NCBI GenBank assembly: GCA_965208025.1
Contig: OZ242302.1
Span: forward strand, 3,280,727 to 3,344,726
DNA from: Rhodothermales bacterium
Lineage (GTDB): Bacteria > Bacteroidota > Rhodothermia > Rhodothermales > Bin80
Length of the DNA: 64,000 nucleotides
Direction of reading: 5' to 3'
Each line of letters opens with the position of its first letter. Position 1 is the stretch's first letter. The notes beneath the pieces were generated by a model. That model was not told where the DNA came from. It saw only the letters and a list, made by a program, of their open reading frames with translations, and did no database searches. Below are positions 19,536-29,553 of the stretch, piece by piece. The translations under genes were made by a program, and so were the position numbers.

Positions 19536-20525
19536 CTATCGTGTCCCACTGAACAGATCTACCATCTCGGCTGCGGTTACACCGCTTACCTGTCGACGAA
19601 GACTTGCATCTCGTACTGGGGCGATTGCCTCATTAAAGCGTTGCTTTTCTGTTTCTGACAGATCAATGATTTGGACACCACCTCCCCGGGCCATCCGCAT
19701 ACCAGTCGCTCCAGATCGCGCGAAGGCTTTAGCTCCAGCAATAGAGAAAGAGAGGTCAGAAATCTGATCTATCCATCCTTGTTCCTCTGGTGAAAGATCA
19801 TCATACACGCCCTGATTCATCAACAGGGCAAATGGTAGTCCAGATAAAGGGAGCCAATTGGTCAAGTAGTTCGTCGGCTCATGAAGTTGGAACGATTCTA
19901 TCCCTGAAGGTGAGACGGCTACGCCGTCAATGACACCCGTACTCAGACTCTGATGAAGTACGGTAGCAGACTGCATAATGGCACTGGCACCAAGGGCTTC
20001 AATATATGGGATAGCGCTGCGAGTAGAGACTCGGATCTTAAGTCCGTGCATGTCCTCGAGGGTCCGAACAGGCCTGTCGCGAGTAAGGAGTATCGGCGCA
20101 TCATTGGCCCAAAGCCCCAGAACCTTTGCATCGTATTCATCTTCCAGAATCGGTCGAGCACGCTGTAAGGCCTCGGTACATTCAACCGCGGTCTTACATA
20201 CACCCGGGAAACTGATGAGGTCAGTTTTTGGAAAGAGATCTGCAGTGTAGGCAGGAACGACGAGAGCTAAATCCGACACGCCACTGAGCAAAATGGAGTA
20301 TTGCGCGGGTGCCGACGAGTTCAATGCTCCAGCGGGATAGAGCCGAATGGTCATCGTTCCACCTGAAAGTTTCTCCACTTCCTCCGTCAGAGGTGAGAAC
20401 ATATCCTCATTCAAGACATGTCCTGCCGACAAAAAATGTGCTAACGATAACTCTCTGGTTTCGGATTTCTCGGTGCATCCACAGGCAAAGAAAAATATGA
20501 GCACGAAAATAAACCTGTATCTCAT
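19536..20525 (-). CDS. dctP: TRAP transporter substrate-binding protein (DctP family), lipoprotein
   Basis: Lipobox 'FFFACGC' after the Met at 20525. DctP-like body ('TMTIRLYPAGAL', 'LKIRVSTRS'). Confidence 0.8.
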   Translation of the reverse strand: MRYRFIFVLIFFFACGCTEKSETRELSLAHFLSAGHVLNEDMFSPLTEEVEKLSGGTMTIRLYPAGALNSSAPAQYSILLSGVSDLALVVPAYTADLFPKTDLISFPGVCKTAVECTEALQRARPILEDEYDAKVLGLWANDAPILLTRDRPVRTLEDMHGLKIRVSTRSAIPYIEALGASAIMQSATVLHQSLSTGVIDGVAVSPSGIESFQLHEPTNYLTNWLPLSGLPFALLMNQGVYDDLSPEEQGWIDQISDLSFSIAGAKAFARSGATGMRMARGGGVQIIDLSETEKQRFNEAIAPVRDASLRRQVSGVTAAEMVDLFSGTR

Positions 20526-20535
20526 CTTGATTCGT

Positions 20536-22317
20536 TTAGTCTTGTGATGAACTTTTGGAAGGGGAAGCAGAGACATGTAGAGTCAGGATATCCATGTCAT
20601 GAAACTGGCGATGTTTGACCGAGGTGGCTAGGTGTCTCAGGAGACGGAGGGAAACATCATGCTCAATTTGAGTGATCTCCACACGATCATCAATCCACTC
20701 CAACTGATCCTGCAGATTTAACTCATTGTTACTCGCCGACCCAACTCTGAATTCTAACACTGCATCATTATCTTTCTTATAGACCGTCAAGCGTAATTCT
20801 TCCCTCTCTTCATCCACAGAGATCTCTGCTCCTGCCAGTTCAGTCCTTGATTGCATCAGGGTGAGCAATGCTTCCTCGCTGGCAGCTTCTATCCGTTCAA
20901 GAGTTGAACTCAACCCTCGACGAGTGGCGAACTCTTGGAGGAATTCATAGATTCGCGGTAGTTCAGCCATATCAAGCTTTCCTCGGAATCGACTTTTCGG
21001 TCGGGCAGTTAATGCGGTGAGCAGAAGTGCTACGAGTCCCCCTGATGTCAAACCATTACTCAAAAGTCCGCCTGCTAAGTTTGCAAAATACGCAGATGAT
21101 ATTAAATCAAACTCAAATGCAATGCCGACCCAGAAGGAAATGCCAGCGATCAATCCATTCCGCGGGTTTTCATCCATACTCCTGACGACTTCCCGGAACC
21201 CAACCGCAAACAAAGTAGCCATGACCACAGCAATCGTAGCGGCTACAACTGGAGGCGGGATCGCAAGAATGACCGCTAGTGCCTTAGGCAGGAAGGCCAG
21301 CGTTAAAAGCACCAATCCAGCGGCAACCCCGATCGTCCGTGCAGCGACACCAGTGATTTCGACCGCCGCCACGGCTCCAGCATGAGGCGTATTTGGCATC
21401 GTTCCCACGAAACCTGCAAATAAATTTCCTACCCCTTCGGCAGACACCGCACGTTGAACCGCACGATAATTCACTGCATGCGTTCGGTGCCAAGCTACAC
21501 GCTCGGCGGAGGCCACAATGGCAATTGACTTGGTTGAACCCACCAAGGCTACAAAAAGAAAAGCGGGTAACAAAGCCCAAAAGGAGGTGTCAAAACGAAG
21601 GTTTAATCCAGAGGGAAAACCAGAGGGTAGACCAACCCAGGCGGCATCCAACACACGTTCAAAATCATAAATCCCAAAATATGCACCGATCAAGGATCCA
21701 CCAATGATACCAGCAGCAGGTGCCCAAAGACGAAAGGCACCACGCCCCCGAAGTACCATGATCAAGATGATAAGAATCGTGATACCTGCACTTAATGATC
21801 CGACATAGGTAGGGGTTTCAGGTGGGATCTCATCAAGCATATTAAATAAAATCGGCATCACGGTGACAGGAAGGAGCATAATCATGGTTCCTGTGATGAC
21901 AGGTGTGAGCACTCTGTGCAACAGGGAGAGACGCATGGAGAGAACAATCTGGGCAATGGCCGTCACCACAACCAATGTGGCGAGCAGCCCCGCACCTCCC
22001 TCTAACAGGGCCTCAGCACAAACAGCAATAAAGATCGCCGAACTCACATGGGTCAGCGCATAACCCGAACCGATCTGACCAACCCGCATGCTTTGCAGGA
22101 TCCCGGAAATGCCACATGCCACAACGGACGCAAATACCGCCCAAGAGATGAGTTCCTCTGCACCCCCCGCACGAAATACAATCGTTGGGAGCAGTACGAC
22201 TCCGTTGATTGCCAGAGCAGCAAGCTGGATGCCCAATCCTAATGCGAGTCTCTTCGGAATCTTGTCGTCCGCTTCATAGCGTAGCTTTCCCTCCGAGTCA
22301 GAACGTGAGTACTTCAT
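20536..22317 (-). CDS. NCS2 (xanthine/uracil permease)-family transporter with a ~150-aa soluble C-terminal domain
   Basis: NCS2-like segments 'LGLGIQLAALAINGVVLLPTIV', 'LTPVITGTMIMLLPVTV', 'AIPPPVVAATIAVVMATLFAVG'. The start is placed at the Met at 22317, downstream of the dctM stop. Confidence 0.6.
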   Translation of the reverse strand: MKYSRSDSEGKLRYEADDKIPKRLALGLGIQLAALAINGVVLLPTIVFRAGGAEELISWAVFASVVACGISGILQSMRVGQIGSGYALTHVSSAIFIAVCAEALLEGGAGLLATLVVVTAIAQIVLSMRLSLLHRVLTPVITGTMIMLLPVTVMPILFNMLDEIPPETPTYVGSLSAGITILIILIMVLRGRGAFRLWAPAAGIIGGSLIGAYFGIYDFERVLDAAWVGLPSGFPSGLNLRFDTSFWALLPAFLFVALVGSTKSIAIVASAERVAWHRTHAVNYRAVQRAVSAEGVGNLFAGFVGTMPNTPHAGAVAAVEITGVAARTIGVAAGLVLLTLAFLPKALAVILAIPPPVVAATIAVVMATLFAVGFREVVRSMDENPRNGLIAGISFWVGIAFEFDLISSAYFANLAGGLLSNGLTSGGLVALLLTALTARPKSRFRGKLDMAELPRIYEFLQEFATRRGLSSTLERIEAASEEALLTLMQSRTELAGAEISVDEEREELRLTVYKKDNDAVLEFRVGSASNNELNLQDQLEWIDDRVEITQIEHDVSLRLLRHLATSVKHRQFHDMDILTLHVSASPSKSSSQD

Positions 22318-22357
22318 TCGGATTCCCTTTTTGTAAAGATTGGTCGGTGGTTCATCC

Positions 22358-23665
22358 TCATCCGTACATTGCATCCGGCAGAAACGTTGCGAGATAAGGC
22401 ATCAGTGCAAGTAGAATCAATGCGATGCCCATCACAAGCCAGAATGGAATGATCCCACGAAACATTGTATGTATGGGTATATCAGGAGCTACTCCCTTCA
22501 CAACAAAGATATTCAACCCAACTGGCGGTGAAATCAGTCCCATCTCGAGCGTAATGACAATCATGATACCGAACCAGATCATATCCACTCCCAAGGATTC
22601 AAGAATCGGCTGAACCAGGGGGACTGTGAGCACGAGCATAGCAAAACCGTCGAGAAAGGTCCCCAAGATCACAAAGATAAGAAGGACGATTAAGGCTACT
22701 TGACCGCCCGAAAATCCCTGTTCTCCGACCCACTCGGTAGCGACGAATGCGATTCCAGTAAATCCCAGGAACACCTTGAAAACAAACGCGCCTAACAGGA
22801 TAAGGAAGGCAGTACCACTTGCCTTGAGTGTTGCGTGAACGGTTTCTATCAAAGTCTTCCAATTTAGTCTGCGCCGTACCAGCGCAGCGATCAGGGTAAG
22901 AAGTGCGCCCACACCTGCTGCTTCAACGGCAGAAAAGATGCCTGCATAAATCCCACCGATCGTTACGATGATAATGCATAGAATCCAGAATGCTCTCGCA
23001 GTAATTGCGAGACTTTCTTTCCTCGGGACAGATACCTTGACCAGAGGAGCTTTTTTCGGATTAAGTTGAGTGACAATCCAGACGACAAGAATAAACAGGA
23101 AAGTGAGTAGAATTCCAGGGATGATCCCTGCCATGAACAGACGGCCAATGCTCTCCTCGGTGATGATTCCATAGATTACCAGTCCTGCTGACGGTGGGAT
23201 GAGTATGCCAAGTGTTCCCCCTGCTGCAATGGCACCTGTGGCTAATGAATCATCATACTTGTACCTTTTCATCTCTGGGAGAGACACGCGCGCCATGGTC
23301 ATTGCAGCGGCTAACGATGATCCAGAAAGAGCTGAAAATCCAGCACATGCGAGGATGGAGGCAGATGCAAGACTGCCGCGAAAACGTCCTAACCAGGTGA
23401 AGGCCGCACGGTAGATATCGTGGCTCATCCCCGAGACTACGACCAGATTTCCCATGAGTATGAACAGGGGGAGGATCGTGAGGGGGTATCGGGAGGCAAC
23501 CGCAAACATTTCTCCGGCCACAACGGGCACCGCGGCGTTCGGCCGAATCAGGATGACGCCAACCGCTCCTACGATCAGCATCGCCAGCCCTGCCGGCACG
23601 CGAATGAAGAGTAGAACAAGTAGCGCACCAAAAGCAATGAGGGCAATTCCTGTAGCGTCAATCAT
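22358..23665 (-). CDS. dctM: TRAP transporter large permease (DctM)
   Basis: 435-aa polytopic protein with typical DctM segments ('GIIPGILLT', 'GTLGILIPPS', 'ISPPVGLNIFV'). Confidence 0.9.
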   Translation of the reverse strand: MIDATGIALIAFGALLVLLFIRVPAGLAMLIVGAVGVILIRPNAAVPVVAGEMFAVASRYPLTILPLFILMGNLVVVSGMSHDIYRAAFTWLGRFRGSLASASILACAGFSALSGSSLAAAMTMARVSLPEMKRYKYDDSLATGAIAAGGTLGILIPPSAGLVIYGIITEESIGRLFMAGIIPGILLTFLFILVVWIVTQLNPKKAPLVKVSVPRKESLAITARAFWILCIIIVTIGGIYAGIFSAVEAAGVGALLTLIAALVRRRLNWKTLIETVHATLKASGTAFLILLGAFVFKVFLGFTGIAFVATEWVGEQGFSGGQVALIVLLIFVILGTFLDGFAMLVLTVPLVQPILESLGVDMIWFGIMIVITLEMGLISPPVGLNIFVVKGVAPDIPIHTMFRGIIPFWLVMGIALILLALMPYLATFLPDAMYG

Positions 23666-24201
23666 TCCGGTGGCTCATTCGGATCCTCGGTATTCCATGA
23701 AGCAAGTCCGAGGAGTAAATGCAAGACAAGCACCAGTCCGTATACCGTAAGTGAAGCGCCAATTGCGGAGTAGAATGGTGCGTGAGGGATTGAAACAGTA
23801 CTTGTGATCGCACCACAGGGAAGACCACAACTACCATGGGTAAATAGGGCGAAGGCCGCCATCATGGTCATTCCAATACCAAGGAGTCGGGCAATCGCAT
23901 CCGTAACTCTCGTGACTTGACGGCCCCAAACCCGCGTAATCAGATTCACACAAATGTGAGCTCCTTCCCCCGCACCGTAGGCAATTGCAGCGGATACCAC
24001 GATCGTAAGTGACATCGTGGAGAGATCCTCAGCCCAGATCAGTGAATCATTCAGAATATAACGCCAAAAGACCTCTGCGACCGTGCCCCCCAAAAGTACG
24101 GCAAGTGCGATGCCTCCGACAGCCGCAAACCCTGCGATCAATCGTTTAGAGTACCACTCCGCTCGTGTAAAACGGGAAGTATGATGTTCAAAGACTCTCA
24201 T
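23662..24201 (-). CDS. dctQ: TRAP transporter small permease (DctQ)
   Basis: 179-aa four-TM protein directly upstream of dctM and overlapping it by 4 nt. 'VFWRYILNDSLIWAEDLS' is DctQ-like. Confidence 0.8.
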   Translation of the reverse strand: MRVFEHHTSRFTRAEWYSKRLIAGFAAVGGIALAVLLGGTVAEVFWRYILNDSLIWAEDLSTMSLTIVVSAAIAYGAGEGAHICVNLITRVWGRQVTRVTDAIARLLGIGMTMMAAFALFTHGSCGLPCGAITSTVSIPHAPFYSAIGASLTVYGLVLVLHLLLGLASWNTEDPNEPPE

Positions 24202-24496
24202 GTGCTCCGTAGAAATGATTCACGAACCCCCTCACAAAGGAAATCATATACTCTTGCATACCATGACGTAAAGGATTATTCAAAGAACTAACCAACGAGA
24301 ACACATTCATCCGCCAGAGAAATCCAACCGATTTGTTTTGTTATAACCCAGCAAGTGAATTGACGCAACAATTTACTCAATTTTTTCCTTCGGCGAGTGA
24401 AACCCTGATGCATGGTCGTAACTACTGATAAATAGTTACTTAATGGTTAGATAGCCTCAAAAAATATTCTCAACTAATCACAATAATAATAAGGGA

Positions 24497-24515
24497 CTAT
24501 ACAAGAGTTGTATAG
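24497..24515 (-). terminator. Possible intrinsic terminator hairpin downstream of the TonB-dependent receptor gene
   Basis: Perfect 8-bp stem CTATACAA/TTGTATAG with a 3-nt loop, followed on the minus strand by T-rich sequence. A second palindrome (CACCCTAGGGTG) lies at 24528-24544. Confidence 0.3.
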
Positions 24516-24563
24516 AAATACCATTAGGACACCCTAGGGTGCCAAGCGCTCATAAGTGTAGGT

Positions 24564-27236
24564 TTACCAAAGCCTCTTCACGGAAAGGGACCATTCAAAT
24601 GGCCTTCCATACACCTGTTCAATGTAGGCGGCCGCAGTCCCCCAAGCGGAAGTTCCCGTGAGTAGATAACGCTCGTCCGTCAGATTGCGGAATGCGGAGA
24701 CTACCTCCCATTTACGGTCTGCCGTTCCTACGCTAATGGAAGCGTGGAGGAGATGATATCCTTCTTGAAACAGCTGGGGAGTATTGACGGCATCATGGTA
24801 CTGCGAAGCTGTATAGGTCCAGTTGATCTTCGGGGTCACGATAAAATTTCGGATATTCAGTTCTTTTCCGATTTCGAGGGAATGATTGAAACGGGGCGTT
24901 TTGGGTAGCCTATAACCGGGTAAAACAGGAGTATTGCTTTCCAGAACATCAGTGCTCAGTTCGTCATATTCCGAATCCAGAAAACCCAGATTTGCTATGA
25001 GATTCCAGCCAGTAGCAGGAGCCCATATCCCTTCCAGTTCTATACCTTGTAGGTTAGCCGAGCCTCCATTGACTGTGATGGGATTGATGGATTGACGTAT
25101 AATGACCTGCACATCCTCGTATTCAGCCCGAAAAAAAGTCAAGTTCAGTTTGAGGCGATCATCGCTCGTATTTGACTTGATCCCGGCTTCGTAACTGGCA
25201 AGGGTTTCAGGCTCGTAATCGGTCGGCGAAGCATTGGGGGAATTTGCCTCAAAACCGGGCGGGGGTGTCGGGACGCGAGCATCAAAACCGCCGCTCTTAA
25301 ACCCTTCCGTGAAACTGATATAGGCCATCACATTGTCGTTAAATTCGTACGCAAGATTCGCCATCCACGTTAGGGCATCAAAATCTCTGGTAAACTTCCT
25401 GTTTGGGAGCATACGGTCACCAGGATTCATGGGCCCAGTTATTGGACGATAGATTCCTCTAGCCAACGGCCATGTTGGTTCATGAATACTTCGCCTCCCT
25501 TGTGATGCATCCCCTCTGGCATACACATCGGGAAGAACACTCTTATGGTCTCTGGTGTAGCGGGCACCGAGAGTCAGAGAAAGCCTGGAAATCAGCTCGA
25601 CCGTCGCCTGACTAAACCCTGCAATGGATGTGTAGCCTAAGTCCCAGTTACTGTCAAAGGAGCCAGTTGGAATCACCAGTGAGGTTCGCGAAAATCCGAT
25701 CTCATTGGCAAGATAAAGACCGGCTTGCCAGTACATACGATTGTTCAGCCCAACACCGCTCAGCCGCAATTCCTGGCTGAGTTGACTGGATTCAACTACA
25801 TTCTCGTTCTGTAAGATATTTGCGGGAGTATTATCAGCATCACGGGAAATGACCATATCCAACCCTCTGTAGCCTGTTAGTGACAGGAAGGTGATTTGCC
25901 TTCCAATCAACCAAGAGATCTGCGCACTGCCCCCCCAAGCATCAACATCGGAGAATACAGGGAACGTACCCTCCGAGACGTACTCTCCAGCAAAGCTGTC
26001 AGGTCCATAACAGCCCTCTGCACCCTTTGTACCATTTCCAGGTGGAGGGAACGATGGCGGTCCACTCGCGGGGAAGTTTGGGTTAATTCGGATCGCAGTG
26101 CAACTGGGCAATACGGCGTTGCCAAACGTTGCAAACGCTTGCTTATCATTCACACCACCATTGACGGTTGGGGCTCCATTCTCTCGCCGGCGAGCATAGT
26201 CTCCAGTTGCAAAGACCTTTAGAGTATTCGATGGGCGCCATACAAGTGAACTGCGGGCCGCCAGTAAATTATCATTTCCCATATCAAGCCCATCATGGAC
26301 TCTCGTCACGTATCCATCTCGATTTCTGAGGGCAAGCACTAGACCTCCAAACAGTCCGTCTTTCAGTGCGCCATTGGCCGACGCGGTAAGATGGATCATA
26401 CGATCATCACCAAACTGTGCATGGATACTTTTCTGGGCTTCGGCATCAGGTTTTCTGGAGTGTATAGATATGGCTCCACCGACCGCATTGCGTCCGAAAA
26501 GAGTTCCCTGCGGCCCACGCAAGACCTCCACCCGCTCCAAATCAACAAGGTCCAGCACTGCTCCCACTGTGCGAGGCATATAGACTCCATCAACATAGAT
26601 GACCACTCCAGGGTCTGTAACTGGCAGGTAGTCGCGCTGCCCGACGCCCCGAATGAAGACTTGTGCGGCAGATTTTGTTCCTGCCAACGATCCCGAATGA
26701 TTGAAGGTCGTGTTGGGAATGATCTGACCGAGGCGATCGGTCGTTTCGATCTGTCTGGTTTCTAAATTCCTGCCTGAGAAGGCGGAAACTGCCAACGGAA
26801 CATCCTGGAGCAACTCTTCCCTATTTCTGGGCATGACCACCAGATCATCAAGTTGGAGAAGGTTAATTTTCAGTACAAAGTTCTCGGTCATTTCTTCCTC
26901 CCCCACAGTGATTTGACGGGTTTGATTTTCATAGGCAATGAACCGGGCCGTCAAAATCAGGGTTTCTCCCAATTGGCCAGATGGAATCCGAAGGCTGTAA
27001 TTTCCCTCAAAATCCGTAGAGGTCCCAATCGCGAGCGATTCAATCAAAACGGTGGCACCACTCAATGCTTCCCCTTTCTCATTAAGGACACGACCCGAAA
27101 CTACTGACTGGGCCGACGCAAGGCTCGTGGACAGAAGAAAGGCTATGAAGAGTAGACAGAATTGTTTTATCACTGGTTCGCGTGTATTGAAGGAACTATG
27201 TCTAGATTGTGACATGCCCGAGAAATTATGATTCAT
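24564..27236 (-). CDS. TonB-dependent outer-membrane receptor with an N-terminal carboxypeptidase-regulatory-like domain
   Basis: Signal peptide '...LLSTSLASAQS', 'VSGRVLNEKGEALSGATVLI' CarboxypepD_reg-like, plug 'VEVLRGPQGTLFGRNAVGGAI', and a C-terminal barrel ending in an aromatic residue. The start is probably the Met at 27236 or 27215, not 27326. Confidence 0.85.
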   Translation of the reverse strand: MNHNFSGMSQSRHSSFNTREPVIKQFCLLFIAFLLSTSLASAQSVVSGRVLNEKGEALSGATVLIESLAIGTSTDFEGNYSLRIPSGQLGETLILTARFIAYENQTRQITVGEEEMTENFVLKINLLQLDDLVVMPRNREELLQDVPLAVSAFSGRNLETRQIETTDRLGQIIPNTTFNHSGSLAGTKSAAQVFIRGVGQRDYLPVTDPGVVIYVDGVYMPRTVGAVLDLVDLERVEVLRGPQGTLFGRNAVGGAISIHSRKPDAEAQKSIHAQFGDDRMIHLTASANGALKDGLFGGLVLALRNRDGYVTRVHDGLDMGNDNLLAARSSLVWRPSNTLKVFATGDYARRRENGAPTVNGGVNDKQAFATFGNAVLPSCTAIRINPNFPASGPPSFPPPGNGTKGAEGCYGPDSFAGEYVSEGTFPVFSDVDAWGGSAQISWLIGRQITFLSLTGYRGLDMVISRDADNTPANILQNENVVESSQLSQELRLSGVGLNNRMYWQAGLYLANEIGFSRTSLVIPTGSFDSNWDLGYTSIAGFSQATVELISRLSLTLGARYTRDHKSVLPDVYARGDASQGRRSIHEPTWPLARGIYRPITGPMNPGDRMLPNRKFTRDFDALTWMANLAYEFNDNVMAYISFTEGFKSGGFDARVPTPPPGFEANSPNASPTDYEPETLASYEAGIKSNTSDDRLKLNLTFFRAEYEDVQVIIRQSINPITVNGGSANLQGIELEGIWAPATGWNLIANLGFLDSEYDELSTDVLESNTPVLPGYRLPKTPRFNHSLEIGKELNIRNFIVTPKINWTYTASQYHDAVNTPQLFQEGYHLLHASISVGTADRKWEVVSAFRNLTDERYLLTGTSAWGTAAAYIEQVYGRPFEWSLSVKRLW

Positions 27237-27560
27237 GAGATCAGGAGAAAATATTAAACACCCGTTGGCAATGTATTGCTTGCATGAATATACGCAACTT
27301 TTTGAAACATAGAGAGTTAATTCCATGATCTCACAAGGACATCCTCCAAGATCAACTTTGATCCAGAAATTCTCAGAATTCCCCGTACAGCAAAATTAGG
27401 GAACTGGTATGCACGATTTAAGCAAGAAACATCTGAACCCGTACAGGCAGATATGTTCGGCAAAGTACAACATCCGCAATCTGGACACAACTTCGCAGAT
27501 GCAACTTATAGTTGCGAATAGGCCAGAAAAACGGTTCAGTACAAATACATGATCGTGTAG

Positions 27561-29042
27561 ATGGATGCGGTCAAAACGTTTGGCAAAGTGTACACGCCCG
27601 CCTGGGTTGTGGATTATATGCTGGCTCCTTTGTTTGAGGGGGCATTGAAGGGGGTGCATATTTGTGATCCCGCGTGTGGATCAGGGGATTTCCTTGCTCC
27701 GATCGTCAAGCAGATATGCAATCAAGCGTTGACCGCCTCCAAAAGTGAGCGCCCCCAATATATAGCAACACTGAAGCATCTGACTGGATACGACATAGAT
27801 AGTGAAGCGGTTAAGTATTGCAGACAAAGGTTATCTTCCATTGCGAAAAAGATTCTTGGTCAAGATGTCTCGCATAATTTTTGGCGTGTGAGGGAAATAG
27901 ACGCAATGGACGCACAGGAAGCAGATCAGATGCGTTTTGACTGGGTTGTCGGCAATCCCCCTTATGTTCGTATTCAGCACCTGGAAGTGGACTGTAGAGA
28001 CAAAATCAAGCAGGCCGGGTGGAAGTATTTCTATGGATCAAGTGATCTTTATATTGTCTTCTTTGAACTGGGTTTGAGATTGCTAAAAAACGGGGGCAAC
28101 CTGAGATTTATTTCTCCTAGTGGTTGGATACGCAATGATGCGGGGAAGCTTATGCGTAACGATTTGGACAAAAAGCACGGAATTGTTTCCTTGTGTGATT
28201 TTCGTGATTACCAAGTATTTCCAGGTGTGTGTACTTACACTTGCATTACTCATATTCGCAAAGGGGGAAGCACTGACAGACAGGTAATTCGCCAATGGAA
28301 TGGCGATTCGTTTTCTGTACAATCCACTCTGATGAAGGATGAATCAAGATGGGCCATCACTGATCATCTTGAAACACCAACATCAGCCTTCGTTAAGCTC
28401 TCTGATATTGCAGAAATTCGTGTAGGAATTCAGACTTTGGCAGATAAGGTATTTATCCTTGAATTGATTGGACGGAAGGGGAATTTTGTAACTGTTACAG
28501 ATGGTCAAAAACAGTTCTCTATTGAAGAAAAAGCTGTAAGGCGAATCCTGAAAGCATCTGTTTTGAGGGATGGCAAAGACCAGATTAACCGAGTGGTGAT
28601 TTATCCATATGATCCCGTGGGAAAACTAATCCCAGAAGACAGGTTTGTCCACAAATTCCCCCGTGCCTACCAATGGCTTCTTGAAAACAAAAAGCGATTA
28701 TTAGGTCGGGACAAAGGGACATTCTGTAAATCAAAATGGTATGGGTATGGATGTGAGGTCGGGATTCTAAGTGCATTTGGACGCAAAATTTTAACGTCGG
28801 CCATGAATCCCAAGCCAAACTTTCAAGTATGTAATGATCCCGACGCTCTGTTTTATTCCGGCTATTGCGTGAAGCCTCGTAATGATATAAGATTGACTGC
28901 TTTGCAGAAGGTATTGAACAGTCCCGAAATGGATCGTCATATCAAGACATTCGCACAACCATTTCGGGGTGGATGGTACAGCTATGCAAAGCGTTACATT
29001 TCAGATTTTCCAATTAATGGAACCCTAGCAAACTTACCATGA
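27561..29042 (+). CDS. N6-adenine DNA methyltransferase, Eco57I/TaqI-like (gamma class) with a C-terminal target-recognition domain
   Basis: Motif I 'ICDPACGSGDFL' followed by motif IV 'VVGNPPYVRI', which is the gamma-class order. The N-terminal 'GKVYTPAWVVDYM' is typical of this family. Confidence 0.85.
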   Translation: MDAVKTFGKVYTPAWVVDYMLAPLFEGALKGVHICDPACGSGDFLAPIVKQICNQALTASKSERPQYIATLKHLTGYDIDSEAVKYCRQRLSSIAKKILGQDVSHNFWRVREIDAMDAQEADQMRFDWVVGNPPYVRIQHLEVDCRDKIKQAGWKYFYGSSDLYIVFFELGLRLLKNGGNLRFISPSGWIRNDAGKLMRNDLDKKHGIVSLCDFRDYQVFPGVCTYTCITHIRKGGSTDRQVIRQWNGDSFSVQSTLMKDESRWAITDHLETPTSAFVKLSDIAEIRVGIQTLADKVFILELIGRKGNFVTVTDGQKQFSIEEKAVRRILKASVLRDGKDQINRVVIYPYDPVGKLIPEDRFVHKFPRAYQWLLENKKRLLGRDKGTFCKSKWYGYGCEVGILSAFGRKILTSAMNPKPNFQVCNDPDALFYSGYCVKPRNDIRLTALQKVLNSPEMDRHIKTFAQPFRGGWYSYAKRYISDFPINGTLANLP

Positions 29043-29553
29043 GTATCACTCTCAGAGATCGGTTGTTATCTGCATTATCAGAAGAATACAGGCGATATGT
29101 TGAAAGCGGCCCGCACTCAACCAGAAAGATTAAAGCGTTGCATGGATGGGTAATTAAGGAGTTAAAGGCAACCCTAGGAGATGAAATCCAAGTGAAAGGA
29201 TGATCTGGTTCAGGCGGTGGGGAAGCGAAGGTTCAAGGGAGATATTACCCCAAATGTAGATGTAGCTATTTCGCGTTCAGGAACCACGCTTGGGGTTGTA
29301 AGCGTCAAATTTGTGATGACCAATTACAACCAGAATAAGACGAATTATTTTGAGCAACAACCCCAGCGAGACAGCCAGTTTGCGAAGTAACGACATTGTT
29401 CATGGACATATCATGCTCAGAATCCATCCAACTCCGTATTTGAAGCGTATTGGTGTAGTACAGCGCAATGAGAATGTAAATGATGGGGCAGATTGGTATG
29501 CACTCAAAGATTCATGGACGAACGAATCATGTAAAAGAGGTCAGCACTCATGA
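29039..29553 (+). pseudogene. Decayed restriction-endonuclease-like gene (PD-(D/E)xK-like core), split over three reading frames
   Basis: Starts with an ATGA overlap on the methyltransferase stop. The coding-like signal runs 29039-29203 (phase 2, ends in TGA), then 29196-29390 (phase 0, 'NVDVAISRSGTTLGVVSVKF' = D..x13..SxK), then 29320-29553 (phase 1). No single frame is open throughout. Confidence 0.45.

Noticed and set aside
27237-27326. An N-terminal extension of the TonB-dependent receptor ORF ('MELTLYVSKSCVYSCKQYIANGCLIFSPDL').
   Set aside because: It precedes a canonical signal peptide that begins after the internal Met codons (27236 or 27215). The extension is Cys-rich and unlike the N-terminus of a secreted protein.
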